A DNA stretch of 41,495 nucleotides from Candidatus Krumholzibacteriia bacterium (GTDB lineage: Bacteria > Krumholzibacteriota > Krumholzibacteriia > WVZY01), in the NCBI GenBank assembly GCA_036478295.1, contig JAZGDW010000151.1, positions 1-41,495 of the forward strand. Reading direction: 5' to 3'. Shown here in pieces: positions 8,525-17,433 of the stretch (within the stretch, counting starts at the first letter, position 1; every line of letters begins with the position of its first letter). The notes beneath the pieces were generated by a model. The model had not been told where the DNA came from and did no database searches. It saw only the letters and a list, made by a program, of their open reading frames with translations. Made by a program: the position numbers and the translations under genes.

Positions 8525-8965
8525 ATGCGCATCATCGAAAAGATGCTCACCGAGATGTTCGCCCGGCTGCTGAATGTGGAAATTGGCCCAAGGGTGTTGG
8601 AAAAACTCGTACCCGTAGTCGAGGGCGTTTCGGACAAAGTCCATGGAACGCTGGACCTCGAGACGGTGCAGGGTGAAAATACATTTCGCGCGCTGATCTG
8701 CAGCATGATCGTACATGGCTGGGGACTGGGAATGCACCCCGACAACAACGCCGATCACAACCTCGACGGCAAGCCGGTCGAAGTGAAGGTGTGCAAGGAC
8801 ATCCTCGTGCCGATCGACACGCTCAAGTCCATCCGCTACGTCAAGAAAGACGAGTACGGCCGCGTCAAGAAAGCACTTTTCGAACCGGATCAAAACGCCA
8901 GAATCTGGACCCAGATCGACGACATGCTGGTGCGGATCGCCAAAGAAAAATGGCAGGAAGAATAA
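8525..8965 (+). CDS. Hypothetical soluble protein (146 aa)
   Basis: ATG 8525 after GGAAGGG; C/G-ending codon use typical of real genes; no family recognised. Confidence 0.7.
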   Translation: MRIIEKMLTEMFARLLNVEIGPRVLEKLVPVVEGVSDKVHGTLDLETVQGENTFRALICSMIVHGWGLGMHPDNNADHNLDGKPVEVKVCKDILVPIDTLKSIRYVKKDEYGRVKKALFEPDQNARIWTQIDDMLVRIAKEKWQEE

Positions 8966-9041
8966 ACCGGCTCGAACCCGCCGAAACAGCTTCCCGGTAG
9001 CCCGGTCGGAGCACCTAACTGCGTGAGTTCTGTGGTGAGAT

Positions 9042-9064
9042 AGCCCGACTTGACTCGTCGGGCT
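9042..9064. terminator. Hairpin between convergent genes
   Basis: AGCCCGAC-ttgactc-GTCGGGCT 8-bp stem; no strong U-tract. Confidence 0.4.
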
Positions 9065-9678
9065 TAGAAGACCTTTTGCCCTTCGGCGAGGATCTCGTTC
9101 AGCGCTTCTTTGAAGTAATCCGTGGACTTGGCGACATCGGCCCCGACCTTTTCCTTATAGAGCTCCCAAGATTTCTTGATCTCGTCACCCAGGACCGTCA
9201 TCAGGTTGCCGTCGATCAGCGCCTGGTCACGTTTTTCCTGGTTGTAGCAGAGGATATCCGACACCAGAACACGGGCCAGGCGTCTGGCCCTGGCCTCCTT
9301 ACGGTTGTTCTTTCCGGGCGCTTGCGGCCGCGGCTGGCTTACCTCGCTCGGCCTTGGGGTGGTCGGAGCAGCTACGGGGGCTGCCGCGGCTACTGGAGCG
9401 GCTTGAGCGGGTTTAGGGGTGGTCCCGGCCACTGGAGCGGCTTGAGCGGGTTTGGGGGCGGTCCCGGCTACTGGAGCGGCTTGAGCGGGTTTGGGGGCGG
9501 TCCCGGCTACCGGAGCGGCCGGAGCGGCAGGTTTCTTGGCGGTAGCGGCCACCACCGTTGGCGGCACCAGGGTGAACACGGCCCGGCACTGCGGACATCT
9601 CACCTTGACCGGATTCTCGGGGATCTTTGACTCCGGTAGAAAGTACTTCGCCGCACAGCCTTCACATCGAACGATCAT
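9064..9678 (-). CDS. Zinc-ribbon (MJ0042-like) + Pro/Ala linker + RomX-like domain protein
   Basis: N-terminal CEGC...RCPQC; C-terminal RLARVLVSDILCYNQEK...NLMTVLGDEIKKSWELYKEKV...F..ALNEIL matches the RomX pattern as recalled. Confidence 0.8.
   Translation of the reverse strand: MIVRCEGCAAKYFLPESKIPENPVKVRCPQCRAVFTLVPPTVVAATAKKPAAPAAPVAGTAPKPAQAAPVAGTAPKPAQAAPVAGTTPKPAQAAPVAAAAPVAAPTTPRPSEVSQPRPQAPGKNNRKEARARRLARVLVSDILCYNQEKRDQALIDGNLMTVLGDEIKKSWELYKEKVGADVAKSTDYFKEALNEILAEGQKVF
9388..9519. repeat. About 3.4 x 39-bp coding tandem repeat (PKPAQAAPVAGTA)
   Basis: Units start at 9388, 9427, 9466, with a partial unit at 9505. Confidence 0.9.
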
Positions 9679-9796
9679 CGGGATACCTTTGTCATTGGTC
9701 TCTGAGATTCATGCCAAGGTTCTAAAATGCACGCGTTTCAACAATTCGCAACGATCGCGAGCAACCGCGGGGCCACCATGGCCGCCTGCGGAAACA

Positions 9797-9813
9797 AGCA
9801 ACATTTGCGCCAA
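9797..9813 (-). promoter_or_regulatory. Sigma54 (-24/-12) promoter upstream of the zinc-ribbon/RomX-like gene
   Basis: Minus strand TTGGCGCAAATGTTGCT, exact GG-N10-GC, in the recG/ZnR intergenic gap. Confidence 0.6.
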
Positions 9814-9826
9814 ATGGCACGCTATT

Positions 9827-11926
9827 TCAGCCAACCGGCTGTGACAGGCCGCCCGTCTGTGTCTCCTGCAGGTATTCACGGCAAAGGCGCGCTTCGGGAC
9901 TATCGAGGCGAGGATCCGCGGCCATCAGCCTCTTGACGTGGCGCGCCGCGATCTCTACCAGGCGCTGGTCCACCGCCGGGTTTGCGACCTTGAGCCCCGG
10001 GACACCGTGCTGCCGTACGCCGAGGAATTCTCCCGGGCCCCGGATGCGAAGATCCTCCTCGGCGATGCGGAAACCATCATCGATCCGGTCGAGAATCCCC
10101 AGGCGCTCGCGCCCGATGCGTGAAGTACCCTCACCAAGCAGCAGAAAGCAGAACCCGCGCTCTCGTCCCCGTCCCACGCGGCCGCGTAGTTGGTGCAGCT
10201 GGGAGAGGCCATAACGTTCGGGATGATGAACCACCATGATGGTCGCCTCGGGGACGTGGACGCCGACCTCCACCACAGTCGTCGTCACTAGCAGTCGGAT
10301 GCGGCCGGCGGCGAAATCTGCCATGGCGGCTTCCTTCTCGGCGAAGACCATCCGCCCGTGGAGAAGGCCCACCGGCTGATCCCTGAAGGTGGTCCGTGAC
10401 AGCTCCTCGTAGGCAGAGACCGCCGCCTCGAGGTCCTGTTTCTCCGTCTCTTCGATCGCCGGATATAGAAAGTAGGCGCGGGCACCTCCCTCCAGCTTGT
10501 CGCGGACGAATTCGTACATTGCTTCCTTTTTTTCCGGTGCCACCAGCCTCGTCTTCACCCCGGAACGCCCCGGCGGCATCTCGTCGATAACGGACAAGTC
10601 CAGATCCGCGTACGCGGTCAAGGCCAGCGTGCGGGGGATCGGGGTTGCGGTCATTACCAGCAAGTGCGGGTTCCGATTCCGCGTGAGCAGGGCCGCGCGC
10701 TGGCGAACACCGAAACGGTGTTGCTCATCAACGACCACCACGCCGAGGCGGTCGAAAGTGACACCTTCCTGGATCAGGGCGTGGGTTCCGACCACCACCC
10801 GCGCAGTGCCGGCCGCTATATCAGCGTGAATGGCCCGCTTTTCGGCGGGCTTCAGCGAGCCGATCAACAACGACACGGGCACGTCGACCTCGTCAAAAAA
10901 TCCGGCGAGGGTCCGAGCGTGCTGCACCGCCAGGATTTCGGTCGGCACCATCAAGGCGCCTTGATGACCGGCTTCCACCGCCGCCAACATGGCCGCGCCA
11001 GCGACAATGGTCTTGCCCGAACCCACGTCCCCCTGAAGCAGGCGGTGCATGCCACGCTCGCTGGTCAGGTCGTTGTGGATCTCATCCAGCGTCCTGCGTT
11101 GCGCCGCGGTCAGTTCGAACGGCAGGGCGTCGATATAGCGTTTCTCCAGCTCGAACCCGCCATTCAGGCGCGGCCGATCACGCTGGTCCAGATGGCGCCG
11201 CCGCTGCAGCGACAGCACGAGTTGCAGATAAAACAGCTCTTCAATTTTGAGGCGTCTCAACGCCTCCTTGAAGTGCGTGCCGTCTTCAGGGAAATGGATT
11301 CCCTGCAGGGCCTGCCGCCGGCCGCATAGCTTCTCGGCCCGCATGAGACCGGCCGGCAGGTTTTCACGAATGAGATCTCCGAACTCGCGCAACCCTCTCG
11401 CGATGAGCTCCCTGAGAAACAGTTGCGAGACACCACGGGTGAGCGAATAGACGGGAACTACACGGCCCGTGTGAAGGAGTTCGGCGTCTAGCGCCTCCTC
11501 CAGCACTTCGAACTCCGGATTCACCACCTCCCTGGCCCCACGAAAGTAGGTCAGGGTGCCGGAGAAAATCGCTTCGTTCCCCGGTTTGAGGTGTCTGGCG
11601 AGGTAGGGCTGGTTGAACCACACAATCTGGACGATGCCGGTGTCGTCGCCCACCGCGGCTGCGATGCGCGACCGGCGGCCATGGCGGCCCCTCGGTTGGG
11701 CAACCGTCAGGATCTGGCCGAGGAAACACGTTTCTTCACCAATATTTAAGTCCTTGATTTTGGATAGGTTACGACGATCGTAGTACGTGCGCGGGAAATG
11801 CGTCAGCAACTCCTCGACAGTTTCGATCCCGAGCTTGCGCAGCCGCTGCGCGCGAACCGGTCCTACACCCTTGAGGAACTGGCACAGATCCGCCAGACCA
11901 CGCTGTCGCTTTTCAGGTCGCACCAC
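9827..11926 (-). CDS. recG: ATP-dependent DNA helicase RecG
   Basis: [53 protein letters not shown] start after AAGGAGG. Confidence 0.97.
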   Translation of the reverse strand: MVRPEKRQRGLADLCQFLKGVGPVRAQRLRKLGIETVEELLTHFPRTYYDRRNLSKIKDLNIGEETCFLGQILTVAQPRGRHGRRSRIAAAVGDDTGIVQIVWFNQPYLARHLKPGNEAIFSGTLTYFRGAREVVNPEFEVLEEALDAELLHTGRVVPVYSLTRGVSQLFLRELIARGLREFGDLIRENLPAGLMRAEKLCGRRQALQGIHFPEDGTHFKEALRRLKIEELFYLQLVLSLQRRRHLDQRDRPRLNGGFELEKRYIDALPFELTAAQRRTLDEIHNDLTSERGMHRLLQGDVGSGKTIVAGAAMLAAVEAGHQGALMVPTEILAVQHARTLAGFFDEVDVPVSLLIGSLKPAEKRAIHADIAAGTARVVVGTHALIQEGVTFDRLGVVVVDEQHRFGVRQRAALLTRNRNPHLLVMTATPIPRTLALTAYADLDLSVIDEMPPGRSGVKTRLVAPEKKEAMYEFVRDKLEGGARAYFLYPAIEETEKQDLEAAVSAYEELSRTTFRDQPVGLLHGRMVFAEKEAAMADFAAGRIRLLVTTTVVEVGVHVPEATIMVVHHPERYGLSQLHQLRGRVGRGRERGFCFLLLGEGTSRIGRERLGILDRIDDGFRIAEEDLRIRGPGEFLGVRQHGVPGLKVANPAVDQRLVEIAARHVKRLMAADPRLDSPEARLCREYLQETQTGGLSQPVG

Positions 11927-11936
11927 CTCGTCCTCC

Positions 11937-11989
11937 TTGCCAACGGCGTGCACATTTGCTATCTTAGGTGAAATTTACTGGGAGGTCTA
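11937..11989. promoter_or_regulatory. Bidirectional sigma70 promoter for rpmB/recG
   Basis: Plus strand: TTGCCA (11937-42), 17 bp, TGn-TATCTT (11960-65). Minus strand: TAGACC (11989-84), 17 bp, TAAGAT (11966-61). Confidence 0.6.
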
Positions 11990-11993
11990 TAAA

Positions 11994-12185
11994 ATGAGTC
12001 GTAAGTGTGCGGTATGTGAAAAGAAGCCGATGACGGGCAACACCGTAAGCCACGCGCACAATCTGAACAAGCGCCGGTGGCTACCCAACCTGCAGAAAAT
12101 CACGGTCGAGCTCAAGGGCAAAGTCAAGAACGTCTACGTCTGCACTTCTTGTATCCGGTCCGGCAAGGTACGAAAAGTCGTCTAG
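11994..12185 (+). CDS. rpmB: 50S ribosomal protein L28 (Zn-binding C+ form)
   Basis: [44 protein letters not shown]. Confidence 0.97.
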   Translation: MSRKCAVCEKKPMTGNTVSHAHNLNKRRWLPNLQKITVELKGKVKNVYVCTSCIRSGKVRKVV

Positions 12186-12302
12186 GCCGGTCTTCCCTTC
12201 TCTGAAAGCTACCCACTGTCACTCGCTTAAAGCCGATTCTGAGGCCGAAGGTTTATCGGCAAGACATCGCTTGAGATAACCGACTGCGGCAAGGGCCAGA
12301 GT

Positions 12303-12330
12303 CGCTCATGGTGCCCACGCACCACGAGCG
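12303..12330. other. Intergenic hairpin
   Basis: CGCTC-a-TGGTGC-ccac-GCACCA-c-GAGCG; the A/C mismatch becomes G-U on the minus strand. Confidence 0.45.
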
Positions 12331-12336
12331 GTGACG

Positions 12337-12365
12337 TTGACATCCCTCGGGTTTGCGTCTACACT
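12337..12365 (+). promoter_or_regulatory. Near-consensus sigma70 promoter driving a candidate sRNA
   Basis: TTGACA (12337-42), 17 bp, TACACT (12360-65). Confidence 0.75.
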
Positions 12366-12371
12366 AAACAT

Positions 12372-12488
12372 GGAAGGATTCTCTGAGAGCTGGTGTGCCG
12401 CATTATCTGGGACGAAACTTTAATTCCTCTTCCTGTGTTCTCGATCCAAGAAATCGGCCACTCTTTCAAGGGAATCCTTCCGTTTTTT
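12372..12488 (+). ncRNA. Candidate ~117-nt structured sRNA of unknown family
   Basis: Starts at the predicted TSS; 5' GGAAGGATTC pairs perfectly with GAATCCTTCC (12472-81) followed by T6; long imperfect rod with G-U pairs on the plus strand; pyrimidine-rich loop. Confidence 0.6.
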
Positions 12489-12530
12489 CGGTTCGACAGT
12501 GCCTGCGACACCGGCGCCGCCGGCGAGTAG

Positions 12531-14183
12531 TCAGACCTCTTCCAGTTTCATCCGTTCCTGTGTGAGCAGAATTCGCGCGGCCAGGTCCGCAGGGTTTCGT
12601 CGCAGATATGCCTGCAGGATATGATCGGCCTCTTTGCCCCGACCGAGGCGCCGCATCGCGACGACCAGACCCTGCACGGCGTCCGAGTAATTGCGGTTGA
12701 TCGACAAACTGGATTCGTACTCCTCAAGGGCCTGTGACAGGTTATCGGTTTGGAAATGAATGTCGCCGAGGATCTTGTGCAGGTCGGCGTAGTCCTGGTG
12801 CAGCTCCAGCGCGTCCGTGATCAGCGACTCGGCACGGTCATATTTTTTGCGCTTGAAATAGACGAGTGCGAGTTGCTTCTTCGCCTCGATGTATTCCGGG
12901 TTGATCTCCAGCGCCGTCTTGAGATGTTTCTCGGCCGTCCCGAGTTCATCCCGCTCGAGGTACACGCCCCCGAGAAAACAGAGTGCGTCGGCATGCTTGG
13001 GATTCCTACCCACGACCCGCTCGAAACACTCCGCCGCCTCTTGCCAGTCCGATGCCCTGAGCCGCTCGACGCCCAGATCGAGGTCGAGCGCGAACAGGTT
13101 CGGATCCAGCGTCAGCGATTGTTTGAACTCCTGGTTGGCGCCCGATTCATCCTGGAGCGCGTGTAGCGTGAGTCCCAACATGTAGTGGGCACGCGCGTAG
13201 TCAGGCGAAAGCTCCAACGCTCTCTGCAGTCGTTCCTTTGCTTTGGCGTACTCGCCTAGCGAGAGGTGGACGATACCCAATTGGCACTGGATATCGGAGT
13301 ATCCCGGTTTTTGTGACACCGCTTTGACCAGGCATTCTCGACTCGAAGCGTAGTCGTGGCGCCGGTACTGCATGACCCCGAGACAATAGAGTCCCTCCGC
13401 GTAGTCGGGATTGCATCCCACCGAGCGTTTGAAGCACTCGACGGCCCGTTCCTCCTTGCCACAGTGGAGATAGGACAGCCCGAGCCTGCATTGCAGGTCC
13501 GCGTAGTCGGGCTTGAGCGTGGCGGCTTCACCGAAACAAACCACGGCCTGATCGTAATCTCCGCGGTTGAAGGCACTGTTTCCCTCTTTTATCTGATTCT
13601 GAAAACTGGAGTTCTCCATCACCACCCGCTTCAGCTCCTGAAGCTGGGGGTGTTCAAAAGAACGTGAATCGAGCTTTTCCACCAACAGACGGCTGAGCGG
13701 ATTCGGTGCTATCCGGGTCAGCTCGAGCGCCCGTGAGAAGCACTGGCTCGCCTGATCGAAGAAGCCCGCGTCGTGCAGGGCAATGCCCAGATAACACGTG
13801 GCCTCGGCGTACTCGGAGTTCAATTCGACCGCTTTGGTCAAATGTTCGATCGCCGAATCCAGATCGTCTTTTTGGTGATAAACGACGCCGAGGTAGTAGT
13901 AGAGGTCGGGGTAGTGGGGATTGACGGTCAGCGCCGTTTTGAAATGGCCGCGCGCCCGGTCCAGTCTGCCGCGGTAGAATTCGGCCATCCCCAGCTTGCT
14001 GTGCGCTTCCGCCGCGTAGAAAGCCCCCAGCTTTGCGATGGCGCTATCGCGACTCTTCTCACCGGCAACAACCTTTTCCAGATATTCTACGGCTCGATCG
14101 TAGTCGCCCTCGTTGAAGTACCGTATTCCCTTCTGGTAGTGTTCGCTGGCAGAGCTTCTAAAAAGCCTGCTCCAGAGAGACAA
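12531..14183 (-). CDS. Large TPR protein (about 550 aa) immediately downstream of ftsZ
   Basis: About 14 TPR units (P-x-YADL, YYLG); TTG 14183 with GGAGG RBS, 14 nt after the ftsZ stop. Confidence 0.9.
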   Translation of the reverse strand: MSLWSRLFRSSASEHYQKGIRYFNEGDYDRAVEYLEKVVAGEKSRDSAIAKLGAFYAAEAHSKLGMAEFYRGRLDRARGHFKTALTVNPHYPDLYYYLGVVYHQKDDLDSAIEHLTKAVELNSEYAEATCYLGIALHDAGFFDQASQCFSRALELTRIAPNPLSRLLVEKLDSRSFEHPQLQELKRVVMENSSFQNQIKEGNSAFNRGDYDQAVVCFGEAATLKPDYADLQCRLGLSYLHCGKEERAVECFKRSVGCNPDYAEGLYCLGVMQYRRHDYASSRECLVKAVSQKPGYSDIQCQLGIVHLSLGEYAKAKERLQRALELSPDYARAHYMLGLTLHALQDESGANQEFKQSLTLDPNLFALDLDLGVERLRASDWQEAAECFERVVGRNPKHADALCFLGGVYLERDELGTAEKHLKTALEINPEYIEAKKQLALVYFKRKKYDRAESLITDALELHQDYADLHKILGDIHFQTDNLSQALEEYESSLSINRNYSDAVQGLVVAMRRLGRGKEADHILQAYLRRNPADLAARILLTQERMKLEEV

Positions 14184-14197
14184 GCGTACCTCCAAAT

Positions 14198-15388
14198 CTA
14201 GTCCATCTGTTTCCTGACGAACGTCGGGACCCTGAAGTTATCGGAATTGAACGAGCGTATCGACCCGTTGTCAACAACAACCGTCTCGTCTTCCTGTTCT
14301 TCTGGCCGCTCGAGGACCGGTCTTGCCGCCGGCTCGGGGGCGATCTCGACCACCGGGCGCCGGCTCGCCAGCAGCCGGGCGAAGTTAATGTCTTTTTCCT
14401 GAATGATTTCCTCGTCCTTGACCTTCGGAACGGCGTTGAAACCGGTCGCGATGACTGTCACACGCAGCTCGTCGGCCTGTAACTTTTCGTTTATGACCGC
14501 CCCGAGGAAAACGTGCGCGCCGGGACCCGCCTCGTTGTTAACGATGGAAGCGGCCCTGCTCACCTGCTGCAAACTCAACAACTTGGAGCCAGTGATATTG
14601 ACCAGTATCCCGCTCGCGCCCCTGATGGAAATATTGTCGAGCAGCGGGCTGGCGATGGCCATGTGGGCGGCCTCCTCGGCGCAGTTGGGGCCGCAGCTGA
14701 CCCCCGTACCCATGATGGCGTCGCCGCCGTCGCTCATCACGCTCTTCACGTCCGCGAAGTCGAGGTTGACCACGCCGGTCTCGGTAATAAGGTCGGAAAT
14801 GCCGCGGGTGGCGTTGCACAGCACCTCATCGGCCTGGGAAAACGCGTCGAGCAGCGACGTGTCTTCGTCAGTGATGCTGAGCAGCTTATCGTTGGGAATG
14901 ACGAGCAACGTGTCCACTTCACGCTTCAACTCCTCTATCCCCGCGTCCGCCTGACCGGCACGCTTGTCACCCTCGAACGAAAACGGGCGGCTGACCACGC
15001 CGACGGTCAAAGCTCCCGTTTCGCGCGCGATCGCCGCAACGACCGGTGAAGCGCCGGTCCCCGTACCACCACCCATGCCGGCGGTGAGGAATACCATGTC
15101 GGCCCCCTGTAGGCTCTCCTTGAGAATCTCTCTGCTCTCTTCGGCCGCCATTTCTCCGATGGCCGGGTCGCCACCCGATCCGAGCCCGCGCGTTAGCTTG
15201 GCACCTATCTGCACTCGCTGCTGCGCCTCCGAGCTCCGCAGCACCTGTAGATCGGTATTCAACGCGATGAAATCAACACCGGTAAACCCGCTGCAGACCA
15301 TTCGATTCACAGCGTTGCCACCCGCACCACCGATGCCAACAACTTTCAAGACGGTCAGTCTCTTGTCTTCTTCGAGCTCAAAACGCAT
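14198..15388 (-). CDS. ftsZ: Cell division protein FtsZ
   Basis: [28 protein letters not shown]-terminal [10 protein letters not shown]. Confidence 0.99.
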   Translation of the reverse strand: MRFELEEDKRLTVLKVVGIGGAGGNAVNRMVCSGFTGVDFIALNTDLQVLRSSEAQQRVQIGAKLTRGLGSGGDPAIGEMAAEESREILKESLQGADMVFLTAGMGGGTGTGASPVVAAIARETGALTVGVVSRPFSFEGDKRAGQADAGIEELKREVDTLLVIPNDKLLSITDEDTSLLDAFSQADEVLCNATRGISDLITETGVVNLDFADVKSVMSDGGDAIMGTGVSCGPNCAEEAAHMAIASPLLDNISIRGASGILVNITGSKLLSLQQVSRAASIVNNEAGPGAHVFLGAVINEKLQADELRVTVIATGFNAVPKVKDEEIIQEKDINFARLLASRRPVVEIAPEPAARPVLERPEEQEDETVVVDNGSIRSFNSDNFRVPTFVRKQMD

Positions 15389-15407
15389 GTCTTGCTCCTT
15401 TCACAAA

Positions 15408-16649
15408 TTAGATGAAACTGGCAATCGCTTTGCGAAGCTGGCTCACCGATTGTGTCCACCAATGTCGCGCAGATAATCTGCCCGGGCTTCTCTTTTCCGC
15501 CGCACCGTCGAAAAGCAGGAGCCCGACACCGGTCGCGTACATCGGATGATTCACGACTTCGGTCAGACCTTCGACGGCCAGGGGCGTGCCGATTCTCACA
15601 GGCAGGTCGAAAACCTGCTCGGCCAACTCACGCGTACCGAGCAGCATGCAAGAACCGCCTGTGAGGACGACGCCTGCGCCGATAGACTGTTTGTATTCCT
15701 GATCGATCATTTGATCGTTTATCAGCGTGAATAATTCGGTCACACGGGGTTCGATGATCCCCGCAAGAAAATGCGTTCCCACCCGCCGTGACCCTCCGAA
15801 ACCGATGTCCGGCACCTCGATAGAGGTCTGTGACGACACCAGGCTCGAGAGCGCGCAACCGTGTTTGATCTTGATCACTTCCGCCGCCCTCATGGCGGTA
15901 CGGAGACCGTAGGCTATGTCGCTGGTAATGTTGTTTCCGCCGATGCCGATGACGCCGCTGGCAATCACGCCCACGTCGCTGTATATCATGACATCGGTCG
16001 TGCCCCCACCGATGTCGATCAGCGCGACGCCAATCTCCTTTTCGTCCTCCGTCAGAAGGGAGCAGCTCGAAGCGAGCGGTTCCAGGACCAGATTGCCGAT
16101 CTCGAGATTGGACATCTCGATGGCTTTCTCGATGTTGTCCAGCGCCGCGCGGGAGGCGGTCACCACGTGCGTCCTCGCCTCGAGGCGCGAGCCGTACATT
16201 CCGGACGGTTCACGAATTCCGCCCTGGTTGTCTATGATGTACTGCTGGGGTAGCATGTGGAGAATCTCGCGGTCCTGCGGCAGTTCGAAGTTTCTAGCCG
16301 CAGTGAGCGAGCGTTCCACATCTTCACCCCCGATTTCGTTGTCGGGATTCGGGATTCCGACCACCCCACGGCTGTTCATGCTGCGGATGTGCTCTCCCGC
16401 CACCCCCACGTTGTAGGTGGCGACGGATGTTCCGGCCATTTTCTCCGCGTCCGCCACCGCGCGCGTGACCGAGCGGGACGCCTTGTCGATATCCACCACG
16501 ACCCCCTGCTTCAAGCCATCGGCCGCCGTGGTCCCGATACCAATGATGCGAACGCTATCGCCCCTCCTCTCACCCAGCATGGCGGATACCTTGGTGGTTC
16601 CCATATCGAGGCTTCCAACCAGCTGTGCATCCGTTCTCACTGTGGACAC
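15408..16649 (-). CDS. ftsA: Cell division protein FtsA
   Basis: LDMGTTKV, IDIGGGTTD, VLTGG, YATGVGL, C-terminal amphipathic helix. Confidence 0.98.
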   Translation of the reverse strand: MSTVRTDAQLVGSLDMGTTKVSAMLGERRGDSVRIIGIGTTAADGLKQGVVVDIDKASRSVTRAVADAEKMAGTSVATYNVGVAGEHIRSMNSRGVVGIPNPDNEIGGEDVERSLTAARNFELPQDREILHMLPQQYIIDNQGGIREPSGMYGSRLEARTHVVTASRAALDNIEKAIEMSNLEIGNLVLEPLASSCSLLTEDEKEIGVALIDIGGGTTDVMIYSDVGVIASGVIGIGGNNITSDIAYGLRTAMRAAEVIKIKHGCALSSLVSSQTSIEVPDIGFGGSRRVGTHFLAGIIEPRVTELFTLINDQMIDQEYKQSIGAGVVLTGGSCMLLGTRELAEQVFDLPVRIGTPLAVEGLTEVVNHPMYATGVGLLLFDGAAEKRSPGRLSARHWWTQSVSQLRKAIASFI

Positions 16650-16662
16650 CTACCTCTCAGGT

Positions 16663-17433
16663 CTAGATTCCGCCTCGCAATACGATCTGGTCGTCGAATC
16701 GCAGATCGACGAATCTTGCCCCCAGATCTTTTTCACTAATCTGGTTTCTCAATACAAAGAATTTCTTCAAACGATTTTCAACCTGCTCTTTACCCAGCAG
16801 CAGTACCATATCCTCTTTCAGGGAGACAACACTTATTCCGGCCTTGCCAAGCCTCAATTCCGAGATGTTTTCGGCGAAGCGCCCGCCGTATTTCTTGCAC
16901 ACGCCGAGCGCGGCGAGAGCCTCCAAAAGCCTCGGGTCGCTGCACGGTTTCCCTGCCCTCACCGTTTCGCCGTTCAGGCCGGTGATGATCGGCAAATCGA
17001 GCAGATCGGTGAGGTCGTCCGGGGGCATGATCATGCCCTCTACGTCCACCTCGTAGAAGTTGCCCGCAAAGACGAGGGCAACCGGTTCTCGTTCCTCGAT
17101 CACGCATACGACACGGTTGGGAAGTACACGCTTGAGGTCCGCGCGACGCACTCGCGGGTGCCCGCTGAATCTTGCCGAATACTGCTCCAAAGGGACAAGC
17201 AAAATGTTCTGACCCTCCAGGTCAGCCACCAGCCTCGCGATTTCGGCGGTGTCCACCCTGCTCAGCCCCCGGAACTCAACGTTTGCAATAGCCAGTTTTT
17301 CGTTTGTTGTCAAGAAGTTATAAAAGTGCAAGCTGGCCACAATCATCACGCCCAGGCCGGCCGAAGTCAGCAGTCGCCTGAACACCGCCTTGAGCGCTTT
17401 TCGCCGCTGCGCCTTGGTTCTACCGATTGCCAA
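16663..17433 (-). CDS. ftsQ: Cell division protein FtsQ/DivIB
   Basis: Single TM, POTRA domain (V-x-R-x-LPN...EREP), DLRFDDQIV; position in dcw. Confidence 0.92.
   Translation of the reverse strand: MAIGRTKAQRRKALKAVFRRLLTSAGLGVMIVASLHFYNFLTTNEKLAIANVEFRGLSRVDTAEIARLVADLEGQNILLVPLEQYSARFSGHPRVRRADLKRVLPNRVVCVIEEREPVALVFAGNFYEVDVEGMIMPPDDLTDLLDLPIITGLNGETVRAGKPCSDPRLLEALAALGVCKKYGGRFAENISELRLGKAGISVVSLKEDMVLLLGKEQVENRLKKFFVLRNQISEKDLGARFVDLRFDDQIVLRGGI

Noticed and set aside
9701..9718. Second -24-like box (TTGGCATG) before the ZnR-RomX gene
   Set aside because: No GC at the -12 position
9815..9829. Plus-strand TGGCACGCTATTTCA sigma54-like motif
   Set aside because: Lacks the -12 GC and points antisense into recG
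12370..12423. 17-codon ORF MEGFSESWCAALSGTKL inside the candidate sRNA
   Set aside because: The ATG is only 4 nt past the -10, has no RBS and adjoins the closing stem; a leaderless peptide is not fully excluded
12488..12505. GGTTCGA resembling a tRNA T-loop
   Set aside because: No T-stem or cloverleaf
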